Part shown: positions 28,053-42,035 of the stretch, one piece after another
Layout: every line of letters begins with the position of its first letter
Numbering within the stretch: position 1 is the stretch's first letter
DNA from: Lytechinus pictus
Lineage: Eukaryota
NCBI RefSeq assembly: GCF_037042905.1
Contig: NC_087251.1
Coordinates: forward strand, 19,408,001-19,472,000
Length of the DNA: 64,000 bases
Reading direction: 5' to 3'
Translations under genes and position numbers: made by a program
Notes under the pieces: model-generated
What the model was told of the DNA's origin: nothing
Databases searched by the model: none
Seen by the model: the letters and a program-made list of their open reading frames with translations, nothing else

Positions 28053-29957
28053 TATGGTAATTTTTTTTTCTCCTATAGAGACATGCATAATCTGTAGATA
28101 TATTTTTACATAAAAAATAATTGAACAAATGGTGGCTTTCTGTTGCAATTCAAATGAATTGAAAAAAAAATTTCTTTCAAACTTAGTTTAATTGTGTTGC
28201 AAATTGGACATCCACAAAGAGGTAAAAGGCTACAGAGTGAATGGGAAATGAAGACGTCTCGAGCAGGTTGGCTATGTTGTCATTTTCATGATTGGTGTGA
28301 TGCTTGAGTGGCACACGTTGTCGTGTCCCCAAAGAAGTCATCCAGGAATATGAGGTTTGACATCATTTGAAGCGTTCTGATGTGATATGTTAGACCATAA
28401 GTCAGGAAAGTATGTTCAAGGATGTGCCTGACTGATTAGAATTGACAATTCAAGGGGAAAAGGGGAGAGTAGAGAATAGACCTGACAGGAAAGAGGGAAG
28501 ATGCTTTTCAAGAGGTAGCAACTTCACTTACATGTACAACTGCAATTAAATATTTTGCAAAGAAATGTAATGAAATGAACAGAAAAAGACAAAAATTATC
28601 CTGATCACAGAGATCCATTGTACTCCCTGCTACCATGCATATACATGTACAAGGTACATACAAGATCAAGTACAAACAAATTTTCATACATTTGAGTAAA
28701 GCATTTGTCAAGCAAAATAGATATGACGGTTTAAACAAATACTAAAGATATTTCAAATCATTGGGACATGACACTTATTAGGTGTTAACATTAGATATAC
28801 ATGGACAAGCCACACATATGCATGTAATGATTTCTGCGTACTGATATTTTTTCTTACTTCAACTTTGGATATTAATCATAAGTACCTGAAATGATTTTCC
28901 TATCATTAATCATTATAGCTACAGTGTACAGTGTAATGGGTATACCTAGTTCATATTAGCATGCTGCAATTGAAAAAAAAAAAAGGCTAAACAAATCTTG
29001 GCAAGCCTTCAGGTTTCACACATAACAAATCCTGGATGTCCAAAATCGCATGGCATGTCCAAGCACCAGCGGTTCTGTAGTGGGGAATTATGTTCCTTTT
29101 CTGCCAGCTATATACCACAAGGATGTTCAAATTGTTTTGCAATGAACAAATATCATCTTACTTGATCCAACCAACTCCAAAGGAATATCCAGTGGTTGAA
29201 TTTGAGGGATTCAGGGACCAGCAAGGTGTTGGGAAAAAAATTGTGATATGTGCACTCAGAAAAAAATCAAATACTGTATTATTGTAATGCAAGCTTCTGT
29301 CTAGCTGAAATCCAGTTGTTTGATTTTTATAATTTTGTTTAAATCATAAAGCTTTTCTTAACAGGCTCCAATGTCATGCACTCTACAGCAGCCAGTCATA
29401 AAACAATTTTACAACCCATAAGAACAATAAAAAGGCGGAGACGTTGTCTATTTGGAAGTTCAAGAGACCATGTCTTAACACTCATGTCAAATGATAAAGA
29501 AAAATTAATATTGAGCTGGAATTGACTATTGTGAAATTGCAGTCTATAAATGATTTTCTGTTTATAATCCAATTATGACTTCCTGAAAATTTCTTTGTAT
29601 TTCTCAAATGTCTGCTATAACTTTTGACCTATACACAGAGGCAAATTGATCCCTGCCTTCTGAGATCAGAGTGAAACAAACAGCAATTTGCCCTATGTTT
29701 GTTGATCGCTTCTTTGTTTTATGCCTAATCAGGACATACAGTGTACATGTGAAACATTGCTACGTGAAACATGGCTACAGAATATATTCTCATCTCTAAT
29801 CCTAATGAGGTGAAAACACTACACAGGATGCTCTTTTCTGTTTATAAATGAATAGATATTGTTACAAAGATTCAAATTTAATTGAAATGGATCTAGAAAG
29901 CACTGTTTATCTTGTGACCAAGTTCCAGCTGCTTTTACAGTGCTAAGTGTAATCATG

Positions 29958-30105
29958 GAATTAATTTTGCCAGGTATCCATTCACTGCACAAGGGTTGAG
30001 TGCATCACAATGTGGATCAATTCTTTTGTCAAAGGAAATTAGAACATGGCTGGGATGCAAATTCATGACCCTTTGTTCCAAAGGCAAGAGTCCGAACCAC
30101 TAGAG
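29958..30105 (-). mobile_element. Older, diverged copy of the same tRNA-derived SINE
   Basis: Reverse complement aligns to 26225-26388 (CACAATGTGGATCA, AAGGAAATTA, CATGGCTGGGAT, CATGACCCT). Confidence 0.75.
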
Positions 30106-31020
30106 GATATTGTATAGGCCTAATCAAATATTTCAGCCAAGCTAAGACTGGACAGTGGCACTTTCAGAACTACAGGCTAATCTCAAGATAATAACTCATC
30201 TCCTCTCCTATCAAAATCCATAATACAACATTTCAGGTATCATGAATAGAAAGTGTATGTCGTGGTTAAAATGGCATGTGGTCATATCAAAATGAATCGC
30301 ATCCTTCTGGCCAGTTTGGGATGAAATCTGAATTTGTTTTGGATACGTGCTTGCAGTTCAGATATTCCTAGAAACGTATACTTCATCAAGTGCCTAAATG
30401 GAAATAGCGACCACAAGATCATGGTGGTTTGTGTTCCCCCCACCAGACCACGAGCTGTTTCCGCTTCTTTGCCATGTTTCAATTGTCCCTATTAAAACGG
30501 ATGGTCACTTTGTGACTGGTGAAACTCTCCATCCTGTTACTATCCTTACTTTCAAAACAAAACACACCATCATTGGGAAAGATAGGGAGGTCGAGAGAGA
30601 AAGACAGGGAGAGAGATAGAGAGAGGAGGGAAATGACACTAATTAAAAATTCATACTGCTGGATATATGCACTTGAAACACAAACATATGTATGGTATAT
30701 TGTAGCGAACATGAGAATGTGTGGATTTCGTTGGTCTCATGGAATTGAATAAAACATTACTGGGGAATTACCAGCACATTTCAGTATCTATATCAATGTG
30801 ACCAGGCATAGAGTATTCACTGAGGCAATGTGCGTCTACGATGAATGGAGGTTCTGTATTATTGGACTTTATCTCATCTCTTTGTTGCTCATTTCCATGA
30901 CCCTCTTTGCCTCTGTTGTCTTGATTTTTTTATATCCATATCCTTTCTTATCAAATTTGTAAACTCCCCCCCTTCCCGCTCTCTTCCATCTAGCACAACT
31001 TTACATTCACTCCCTGCCAC

Positions 31021-31389
31021 CAGGATGACCAGACGTCCCAGATTTCAAGGGACAGTCCCATATTTCAGCAATTTGTCCTGCGTCCCTTCAAGGGACGACG
31101 GTTGTCCCGTATCTCATGATGACAAACGCATTTATGGGAGAATATTCAAGCATTGGTTTTATTTGTCTGAATATGCACAGTAGTAAAATGGGGGAAATGG
31201 TGAAACATATACAGTATAGTTTTGAAGAGTATGTCCAAATCTATCACAAAATTGTGCTTACTTCACTCAACTGACATTTTTTTTTTTTTTTAAATAACTG
31301 TACCCACTATGTCATGTTAAGCCCTTAATATGCAACTGATCTGATCTTGAAGAGTCCCGTATTTTGACTGTCCAAATCTGGTCATCCTG
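31021..31389. mobile_element. hAT (Blackjack-like) MITE
   Basis: 13-bp TIR CAGGATGACCAGA / TCTGGTCATCCTG, 8-bp TSD CCTGCCAC / CTTGCCAC (1 mismatch), GTCCC/GGGAC subterminal motifs. Confidence 0.85.
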
Positions 31390-32619
31390 CTTGCCACCCC
31401 ATTATAATAATGAAAAACAATCAAATTAAAAAAAGTGAATAAAGATGATTTTTCCAAGCACTATCACTTTAATCATATCTTTTTTTTTTAAGGGGACCAT
31501 CATGTGTTGACAAAGTTATCAACAATAAAGTGCAGTAAAGACAGACATCTTTATATGTAGTATGGTAAGTATCTCCTCATTTTAAGAGACACAAATTCAG
31601 GCACTCCCCAGTCCTAATATTCCCTGCAATATTTCCTTTAATGCCCTTTTCCCAATTTTCTCCATTCACACTCTGTCTCTAAAAACATTTACTATTTTTT
31701 CTTAAATTCTCCTAGCTCCATCCTTCCCCACCCCCTGTCAACCCCCCCCCCCCCTGTCTCTCTCTCTCTCTCTGGCAAAACTGATATTTTGTTCACCTCA
31801 TGTGATAGGTTGAAGAACTTTTATTACATCTCTCTAAGGACAACCCTTGTTTTCATAGTCAACAAGTATGATTACTCTGTCTGTCTGTTATGTAGCTATA
31901 TTGAGATCATGATGTCATTGGTGTACTAATAGACAGGGAGGGGAGTACCCTAGTGCCTATTTTTAAAACAATAGAATTTAGTTAAATTAGAATATCAAGA
32001 ATTTCATGATGTTCATGAAAGATTGTTGGAAAGACAACTAATGCATAATGGTGATGAAAAATCTTTACATGGAATTACAATCCTTATTTGCAAATTGATA
32101 TTTATCCCTGAACAGTCAAATATAATGAGGGAAATGCAAATAAAGTACCCATTCTAGGGACAGCGGTTAATACAGAGCTATGGAGATTGATCACACATTT
32201 GTACAATGGATGACAACATACTGATCACAGCATTCACTTGTAGAAATCATCTTTCTGATCAATTGACAAGCTTTTTTTAGATGACCATGATAGCATCAAG
32301 TGAAAATTATTTGTGATTATTTAAAATTAATTGCATAGATAAATGTTCACTGAGAGCCTGTCACTTCAATTTTGTTTTTAAAAAGTGTGGGGTGGTTTAG
32401 ACTCAATATCATCTCAGTGAAATGAAAGGGAATTAATAACATTTTGCAATGCAGTACTTTAAAGAGATAATACAGAAGCATTCTGACAGAAGCAGATTAC
32501 AATATGTAGGCCTATATATATCAAACTTTTGGATGGTAAAATTGTTGAAGCTTCAAAATAACTTAATAATCAGATAAATAGTCTTTACTGACAAATCAAA
32601 TTTCTTCATTTGAATTTTT

Positions 32620-32875
32620 GATGCATTATATTATTATTATTTTTTTTTTTTTTTGTATTTATATATTTTTGCCTTGTTATTTTGTTATCCATACTATCTA
32701 TCTTTGTAAAGAAAAAAGAAAAAAAAGGAACAGCGTTATTTACAAGCTCTGCTTTCTGTTTTTATCCTTCATTCCTCATCAATGAATTTTAGCGATTATG
32801 GATTTTTACCTTGTATATATACATTATGTATGTTTTAAAGATCTGGAAATAAAATAATTTTGAACAAATCAAATT
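32620..32875 (+). mobile_element. 3'-UTR remnant of a CR1/L2-group LINE
   Basis: TACAAGCTCTGCTTT (32741) and GGAAATAAAA (32845) match the order of motifs at the 3' end of the LINE at 50393-52693. Confidence 0.5.
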
Positions 32876-35800
32876 ATCCGCTACTTATATTTAAAAAAAG
32901 GGATTGAGGCAGTCTAAATTGTATGTCACAAGGTCCTTCTCAGAGAAAGCTCACACTCTTTCAACAAATGAACACTGAATATATATACATCATATATCCT
33001 TAAAGAACTGAAGTAAAAATTCAACCAATTAACTTTTAAGAGCTGTGAGAGGCAGAATGGTGGTGTGTTGTTTAGCATTTCATCTTATGATAAAAAAATA
33101 AAAAAAACTTTTTAGGGCATTGAAACATGGGCAATGGAGATTGCAAGAGGCAGTTAAACAATAAGACAAATAAACAGAAATCTTTGATGCAACACCATTT
33201 AGCTTGAAGTATCTTCCCTAAGAATCATGATATAAGTAAAGCCAAGGAAAAAAAGATAAAAAATTGAAAAATGTTTCAAGATTGATGACGATTAGAAATC
33301 TAAGGAGGTGGAAGGGGAGGAGGAAAAGGAAACACCAGAAGGGCAACAGGTAGTCCATTCATCAATTAAACAACAAAATGAAGGAATGAATGATAGAAAT
33401 AGAGATGGAGAAAAGATCCAAAAATGAATATGAGCAAAAGGTACAGGAAATTAGGGTGTCTGAGCAAATACGGGCCATGCATCTTCAGGTGAAATATTAT
33501 TTGGGAGAAAGATGACATGGGATGCTGCGAAGGGCTACAACTTCAAGAAAACAATAAGTGAGGATGGAGAATAAGGGGATGAAGGGTGATGGAAGGAAGC
33601 TATGGTTTAAGTGTGGGGTGCAAGGACCTCGAGGAAGATGGAGATGGATGGAAGACCGGATGCCAAGAAATGGTGGAGCAGGATGCTGTACACTGCCTCC
33701 ATCATCACACTATGATCGAGCCTTTAGCAGTTTAGAGAATGGAAGGCTTCAAAATGGAGTGAGAAAGATTTATAACATGTCACCAACTTTGATGAAAAAC
33801 ATAAAGGCATATTTTGTTAAAAGTAGTTACACACAGTACACACCCTGTCATCAATTTCATAAGAGTGTATGTCAGGTTTAGAGAAGTTTGGGTGATGTAT
33901 ATCTCTGTTAAATCATGACGAGTTGTAGTTATAATTGGTTTTTGTTTTTTGATCCGAGTCCTCGTCCTAAAGTAACCAATACGTCATAATGATACCATCC
34001 TGTGTGTCTTTTCGTCTGCTGAGTTGGTTATCAATATCAATATTTTGTTTTCTCTCCAAAGATGAACGGTCCTAAAAGCCTAAAAGTGAAATAATATCTG
34101 TGCTTCAATTTGTGTTTTGAGCTTTTCTTTTTATATAAAAGGAATTCAAAAACTCTTGTTACTTCTGGAGTTATGTTTAGATTGAAATGACAGCAGAAGT
34201 TAAACCAGACATCTTATCTGACCAATCTGATGTATGGAAATCATTTAATAAGACCTGGGGAGTACAGTTTTGTGTAAGTCCTAATTGATGTATATATTTA
34301 TGTGGTGGGGAAATGGCTCTGAAATAAATCATAAAAGTATTATGAAATAAATCTCTTAATGATAACTACTACAACAATTAACTAATATCCATACAGCAAA
34401 TAATAATTGAAATTGTTCTATGTAGCTCTCAAAGATGACAAAAATACAAAATAAATACTGAGGCTTTAAATTTCTATCACTAAAAAGAATTCATAGGTGA
34501 TCTTAAATGTAGATGTGCTGGTAAACTATTCTACATTTTAGGGTGACAAAATTCAAAACATGCTTAACCCTTTTTAAAATTGGGGAATACATGTAAAATT
34601 GTACTTTCTTGAGTAATGTGTATCTGTTGGGAAAGTCAAGTGTAAATTTGTGTTCTAATTTGTATGAGTATGAGTATTAAGAACAACTATAGCAACCTTA
34701 TAAACCACTAAATTTTCAATTTAACTGTTTTGATATCTAAATCCTAAGATGTTGGAAAACACTGCCCTGATATAAGGTACACTAATTTCTCCCCTTATAA
34801 TAAAAAGCTTCTTTAATACTCTTTTTTACATCAACATGTATGTCCCCTTCCTGCAAATTTCCCATCCAAGACGCTATTGCAACCAGGACATGAAACAAAA
34901 GAAAAGGAACAGGGATAGCTTGCAACAACACTAATTGCAGCATGGTAATGAAATCTATGTTTCCCAAAAGACATGAATCCTTGTGTCCAGCCCCCCACCC
35001 CCCCCCCCCCCCCCCCGTCCTCAACACCTCCCTGTCATTGTCTATACTCTCCCCATCCTTAATATTCCCTGTTTCTATATTTCAAAATGGACAAACCAAA
35101 GGAGGTGGTGACAACAAACTTTGAAGAAAACATGGAATCTTATGACATCAAAATTACAAGCTATAGTGTAAGTGATATTGCATACATTCAAAGTAACATG
35201 ACTATGGTAATGTTCTACTAGTAAAAGGCCTTTTATACTAGCATTTTTCAGTCCACTATAATCATACTTTAGATTGGGTTAATGAATATCTTGACCCTAG
35301 ACTATCCTTTTTAAAAAGTCAGACTTACTCCCCATTGGGGTACTAAGCAATAAAAGCATACCAGGTCTACCTGGTTTAGTAAATAAAACTACAAAAAAAA
35401 ATAAAGTGTAAGAATCAAATAAATAATCCCAGGTTCATGATAGTACAGAGTTAAAGTTAGTCCCTTTTTAAGAAAAATCAGTGGAAAGACATTGAAGTAG
35501 GAGTACCGGGACCGTAATAGTGTAAATTTATTTCAAAGTCATCCACTCACAAAGAGGATTGGATAAAATAAAAGAGTCTTATTATTGAATATATTTCCTG
35601 TCCCAAAATGGTAAAAATTAGAAACCATATTGGTTAGAATCTACATACATGTACCAGTTGAATTCTACTGCAAGATCATTAACGGGTACTGGATGATAAA
35701 TAGAAAAAAAATAATAAATGGCAAATACGAACAAATTTGAGAAACTTTTAAAGAAAGAAAAATAATTGAAATATTTTTGTGTGAACACAAGATGGCAGCA

Positions 35801-36098
35801 TTGTGTACTTAATGAAAAATACTGAGGGAAGCATACCATTGCGCCATCAGGTGTTCACCGATAAACGATTATTATCAACATACATGTACAGCTGATTAAA
35901 AAACAGTGAGATTCGAACATACATTACATTTATAGAAAGTTCGTTGCAAAGTTCTAAATAAACAAAAAGACATGATTTTGTATGGAACAGTAATTGATCA
36001 AAATGTATGAGAAAAGTAAAAACTTAATATAGAAATACATGAGGTGTCTACTTTGTAAGACACTGCAGCTGTTTCTTTACTGCCAAAAATTTTCCATG

Positions 36099-36155
36099 TA
36101 ACCATGGACCTTCTAGTAGTAGTAACTAGTAGTACATGTAGGTCCATGATTTAAC
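36099..36155. repeat. Short palindromic element
   Basis: AACCATGGACCT...(TAG)n...AGGTCCATGATT. Confidence 0.6.
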
Positions 36156-39100
36156 CAACACACACTTTATCTTCTTTGTGTTTGGTCTCATCCCACACTG
36201 ACCGATCCTATTAAGTCTACAACTATTTAGTCAAATTTCCAGTTAGGCTACACCCATATCATTTAACGTGGACAAACACCACTTAGCCTATAAAATTAGT
36301 TGAACTATTTATGAACCAAACATTCATAAGACAAGGGGTGTCAAAATATGTAGACAAAGAGGAAATTGGAACCATCTCGGCATCAGACTTAATGACAGTA
36401 AGCCTGAATAAAAGTTACACCAAGTGACATACCAAGTGAAATTAAACCAAACTACAGACTTAGACCAAGTGGGTCCAGCCACAATGATGTTAGACGATCT
36501 GAAAATCAGCATTGGGACCCCATATTCTTTTGTTTTAGATTGAATGCTGGTACCATAAAGTGAAAATAACACATGTACATAATGTTTTTTAGAGTCAAGG
36601 TCCATTAAAACATGGATTACCTAGCTCACTATCTGGTGTCTTTGCAATGTTGCTTTAAAAATTTGTCAATTAAGAATCATAATATCATACATGTATATGC
36701 TCACTATACTTGTACTACATGTAACACTGTACATCAGGCCTTAAATTTAGACATTTTTAATGCCTTTTCTTTCTATGCAGCACACTTTTATTATAGTGCA
36801 ATTAGGAAAAATTAGAAAGGCACTAAAATATCCAAGGCTGATGACAGGGGGCATTGTTGAGGTAAAATAACCGGGCATCCAAGTCCATGGCCTTGGTTGC
36901 CTAATGAACAAGCCCTGTTGTACAGTATCTTAAATAAGTGAATGAGGATAGCAACAAATTTTATCAACCAATCAAATGGATTATTATTTTTTTTTGTTAA
37001 AACAACATGTTTGCAGATATATATCATCATGGTATTCTTTCCAGGAATTCAAAATTGGTACATGTAGTTCAAAAGAAAGTTTAGATTTTAACCTTTTTAC
37101 CAAAATATAAATGTTTGTAAATCCACAAAAGCAATTTATATTTCCTAGAAATGTTTTAAGTTACAATGGACCTACTGTCCATGATATAATGCACTATACT
37201 GAGTATTTGTATTCTTAAAAGATGTGACAAGATTTTTCTTTAATAGCAGAGAGAGATATAATAAATACTTCATTTGTCTTTTTCAAACAAATCTCATGAG
37301 AATATTTGAAAACTGTTTCAATACATAAGCCTTAAGTATAATTGAGAGTGAAAGTAGGCTTTAGTTTGCTTTCTTCATTACCTTAGGGGAATGCAATGAT
37401 GAAGTTCATAAAAAACTGGGAATCCTATCACAGAGGATATCAGAGGAAAGGCAAAGAAATGCCATGAAAAAAATATTGCATGTCCGGTGTGTGAATATCA
37501 CCCACCAAAACCTTTCTCCTGGACTGCAAGAAAACAAAAGAACATATTTGCAAAAGGAGGATGTATTGACAAATGTTTGCAGACATTATTTCAGAGGTTT
37601 CAGTGATCCACCGGATGGGAATGGGAAGAAAATACAGATTCAAAGGGGCTAATATTTTGCATAAATATATACTGAATTCTGTGCAATAATCTCGCTGAGT
37701 TGAAACAACACTGCAGACAAAGGCACTCAAGTCAAACATTAATATAAAATCTTCAAGTATCATCATCAACGACAAAAGAATTTCATAAATTTGGTATGTT
37801 TGTATTTGTCCAATTTATTTTGGAATTCTCTGAGGTTTATTACTTCAGGTTGACAAGCTAGAAATTGAATGAGTGTGGGAGGCTCGCTTATTGGTTTGAG
37901 GATACTTTGCTCTTTGTTTACTATTTTCTCTCCAAGAAATGAATATATTTTTGAGCTGGGAGTCTCTCATAGGCACTCAAATGAAAGATCATGGCAACAT
38001 GATATATTTCAGAAAGGGGAATGCAAAAGGCATGTACAATTATAACGGCTATCATCAGGTTAAAATATTTCTTTTTCAAATAAATTGTTACTTTTCATGT
38101 CATTTGAAGGTTTATTGCAAATAATACATTTGTACAGCTAACAGCTGAAATGTATAGACATGGAGATAAACATATGCAATCTTATAAATATGTTGAAAAT
38201 AGGAAAATATAGATTTAAATCTCCTTACTATATTTCACGATAGTTACAGCTATAGTGCAATATCATATCAGAATGAAATTTTATTTTATACACTGTATAC
38301 AAACATACTTTCTAGCAAGAATGCTTTCCTGTATAGTTTCAAATCATCAAATACAGAATTTTTTAAAATAATAATAATGATAAAGTCATATTTTACCCAG
38401 GGTTGCCACTTCATTTTTGAAAACTGTTCTCCAAGCGGGCACTGCTTAACATGATCATGTCATTATTAACCCGGCTTTATATTTATATTTTGATAAAGAT
38501 TTAAGCAACAAGTTAATTTAACAGATTGTTTTTGTTTTCATAATAAGTTATTTACAAGAATTTAATACGCACTATTGCCTGTGCATTAAAAATTATGCAA
38601 ATATATTTCTATTCATCTTATTTTTCTTGAAAGCTAATACTACAAATACCATATTATCAAGGTTCCACTATTAATCAAATCCTATTTGGAGGTATCTAAG
38701 GTGGTGCACTGGGCATATGCCCTCAGCCGCAATAAAAGGGCCATAAACAAATCAGAAAATTCAATTCATCACAAATAATCAGAACTGATGTTTAGATTCT
38801 AATCTTCTTTATATTTCTACAATCAAGAAATGCACAATCCATGTGGGAACCTATTGATCCCTGTTTTGAACTAAACTGAAGAAATTCAGAGATTAATTGG
38901 TTAATTGTTCAATCTTCTTCTTGACTTGGAATCTAACATTACTGCAAAAAATCATCTTCACTTCTATTGCCATCTGAATATTATTGTTTCTTTTACTATT
39001 TATTATCATTTTCCCCAACAATATTGTCATCACTATAATTAATATCATCATTGTCATTATCATCAGCATCATTCCAATAATTGAAATTCATTAGTATTGT

Positions 39101-41374
39101 CATGATTTTGATGCTGATCTTACCCTTTCCCTAAAATATGTCTAGAAATACACTTAACAGCCCTCCTTAAAATATGCCTTGATTTCGCTTCAAATGCGAT
39201 TTTTTATATAAAGGTATTTTAAATGTAAAACAGACAATAACAATATCACCAATTGTCACTGAGGCATTTATGCTCTGGATAGCACTACTGTCATATGATT
39301 TCAGAACTCTGAGTGCAGCATTAAAAGCACATTAATATGCTATAGAAAAAAACCTAAGTTTTAACAATGTTTAAAACAATACAATCGTGGTTCATTGTTG
39401 CTTTTACACTGGCACAACCCTGGACATCTTCAAATAAACATGTTTTTATTGGCAATTAGACTTGACAACTCATCTGTGTTTTAACATATCTGCCCTCTTT
39501 CATTCAGACAGCTTTTTCATGAATCCTTTTTCATGAATAATGAATTTAAAAAGTCACCGTGAATGCTCCTAAAGCACGTTCATAAAAACACTTTATAACA
39601 TGTAGGCCTACAGCAGTACTGCCATTTCTTGGCAACGTGTCACTTCAGTACTACTTGCAGGGGATTGGTTGCCAGACCAGGAAAAGCAGGACCTGAAGTT
39701 GAAGTTTACATTTGAAAAAAAAAGAGAAGAAATCATGATGGGATGGGTGGGGGCGGGTCCTTTGGGTGCAACCGGTGGCTAGAAAAAGGGGTGGTAAATC
39801 CACATTCTGATATTTTGCGAGTTTGACTAGCCAACTGTGTCCAGATCACGTCCAATGGCTGATCTGTTGTATGCCGAGGACCTTCAAAAACACGCTGCAC
39901 ATACCCCTTGTGTGCTCACCCATGTGCATGTTGTTTGTGGGCTTGCTGCGAGAACAAGAGCCCGGGTCATGCAGGCCTGACCCCTTGGCTCAAAATGTAT
40001 TGGCAAGAGTGTATTTTGGCCGATGCCCGCCAGAGACAAACCAAGAGTATGTTTGATTCAGAGCATGCAAATCATGTCCAAAAAAACATGCCCTTGCTTG
40101 GCCCGTCACGTTTCACCGCCCGAGACTCAAGGTCACACGGTGAGGGCAAAGACTGTGCAAATCCTGGTAGCCATGTTGTTTCGCTATGCACACAGCTACA
40201 CATGGATGTCCACATAGGGCACACAATAAACCCGTTTTGTGCATACTATATTTCATAGATATGATACAGACATGAGCGCTAAATACCCGTTTGTGTGCAC
40301 TAGACAGTGACATTTCAATATCATTTTTATGAACAAAGCATATGCAGCCGTTCAAAGTACAACTTGCACAGGAACTAGACACACATAATAACCCTTGACC
40401 AGTCAGTCAAATAATTCTGATAAATCACATCTCTAGTGATAAATAGCAAGGCACACCTTACCAGCAATGAACATTAAGGTTGCCCTTGATGTTCATTTAT
40501 TCCATTTGATCTTTGGAAGTCATGATCTGATCAAAGAGATCATAAACAAACATTAGGCAAAGAGGAATTCAACAGATCCCTTAGCAGAATTCTCTGTGCC
40601 TTGCATGTTTTGAATCACATTTGTTAATATTTGTCTTCATGGTTTTTTAAATCTAAAACCTGAAAAAAATCAATATGCAGAGAGGGGGTGTGAGGGGGGA
40701 GGGGCCCCACTCTTTTAGATCTCGAAGGATAAAGAGATGGGGTGATACATGGAGACACAATGCTTGTGAGGCATGAATGTCCAAGGTGGTAACCTATGAA
40801 CTCGTGGCCTTAAACTTCAGGATTATGTGTGCAGCAGGAGTCCCAGGTCACCACCAGACTTTACCATTGAACACATGAAGGGGGTCTGCATTCTTCTCAT
40901 ATATTGATGTCTGGACAGCATGCAGATTTAATCCCTATGGTGCTGCCTGGTGTTCAGGGTTATGGCTATGTCTAATATCATGGAGCTTCAGACTTAGATC
41001 CATGATGCTTTAGATTCAAGATCGGGTGGTCAACATAAATTTAACTAAAACAATAAAACCAAAATATGCATTAAAATTTGTGAGGATTTTGTAATTTGTG
41101 TAATATAATCTCAACTATATTATTTTGCTCATAAGGTTTTTTAAAACAATACAAAGGGTCACTACATGTACACCACTTTTTAAAAAATTCTTTGAAACTG
41201 CAGTGTTGAATTAAGAGTCAAAGTCAGCTCCATGCAGCTTCAAGAAATCAAATATGATATCTCTGTATTATGGTCAATTTAATTGCTTTCTTTTGCAATT
41301 CGACAATAATTCATGTACTGTATATTTGAAATTAAATCCCAAAATTCTGTATCCTTCTCTTCCCTAAATGATAT

Positions 41375-41535
41375 TTTGAAATTTTTCAACAAAAGAAAAT
41401 TGAAAAATATATATATCTAAAGAAAATCTTTGTAAGAAACAACAAATCTTGTATAAAACGAACAAATATGAAAACCGTAAATAATTTATAATCTGTTGAA
41501 ATAGAGAGGTCTGCCAAAAAGCAAAGCTTGTATTT
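41375..41535 (-). mobile_element. Second LINE 3'-end remnant
   Basis: GAGAGGTCTGCCAAAAAGCAAAGCTTGTA (41504-41532) resembles GAGGGACTTGCCAAGAAAAGCAAAAGCTTGTA (~50570-50601). Confidence 0.45.
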
Positions 41536-41939
41536 TGTAATCTTTTGATCCCTCAAGTAATGAAAGGCTGCAAGTACACTGAGAATTAAGAAACAGACAT
41601 AAAATTATTGTATGATTACAAAATTTATAAAAATTATTATAAAATCATTATCAACCCTCAATTCTTAAAAACATTTCATTTGGTTCTAAAGAGTATCTTA
41701 CTCATAAAAGATTAAAGATACTGTTAGGAAAAGATTTTAAGTACAGAAAAATATGGAAGTGAAACTCATCTATCTATAGAGCCTGGCATTTATGAAATGT
41801 CAGATTTTTTAAAGACTTATAAAACAGGTAAAATATACTGATGCTATAATTGTACTTAATATACATGAATGACTAAAATTCTTCCCCTAATTCCTTTAAC
41901 AAAACAGACCGTTTTTGTATTCTTTCTTCGTGTTTCTTA

Positions 41940-42035
41940 CCTCCCTCCCCTCCTACTTTCTCCTTCTTCTTCTTCAACATCATCCTCATCATAACCACCA
42001 TCATAATCATCATAATCATCATCATCATCATCTCC
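41940..42035. repeat. Compound (CTT)n/(CAT)n microsatellite
   Basis: Directly visible. Confidence 0.85.

Noticed and set aside
28525..28545. 8-nt micro-exon TTGTACAT between cag and gtaagt
   Set aside because: Not frame-preserving and no other support
33300..33881. Purine-rich block and 107-aa ORF as a retroelement relic
   Set aside because: No convincing RT, gag or integrase motif in the frames I read
40462..40660. Possible exon with acceptor ttttcag and donor CTG|gtaagg (or MFIA mini-exon)
   Set aside because: Stops in all three frames as an internal exon; the mini-exon has no promoter support
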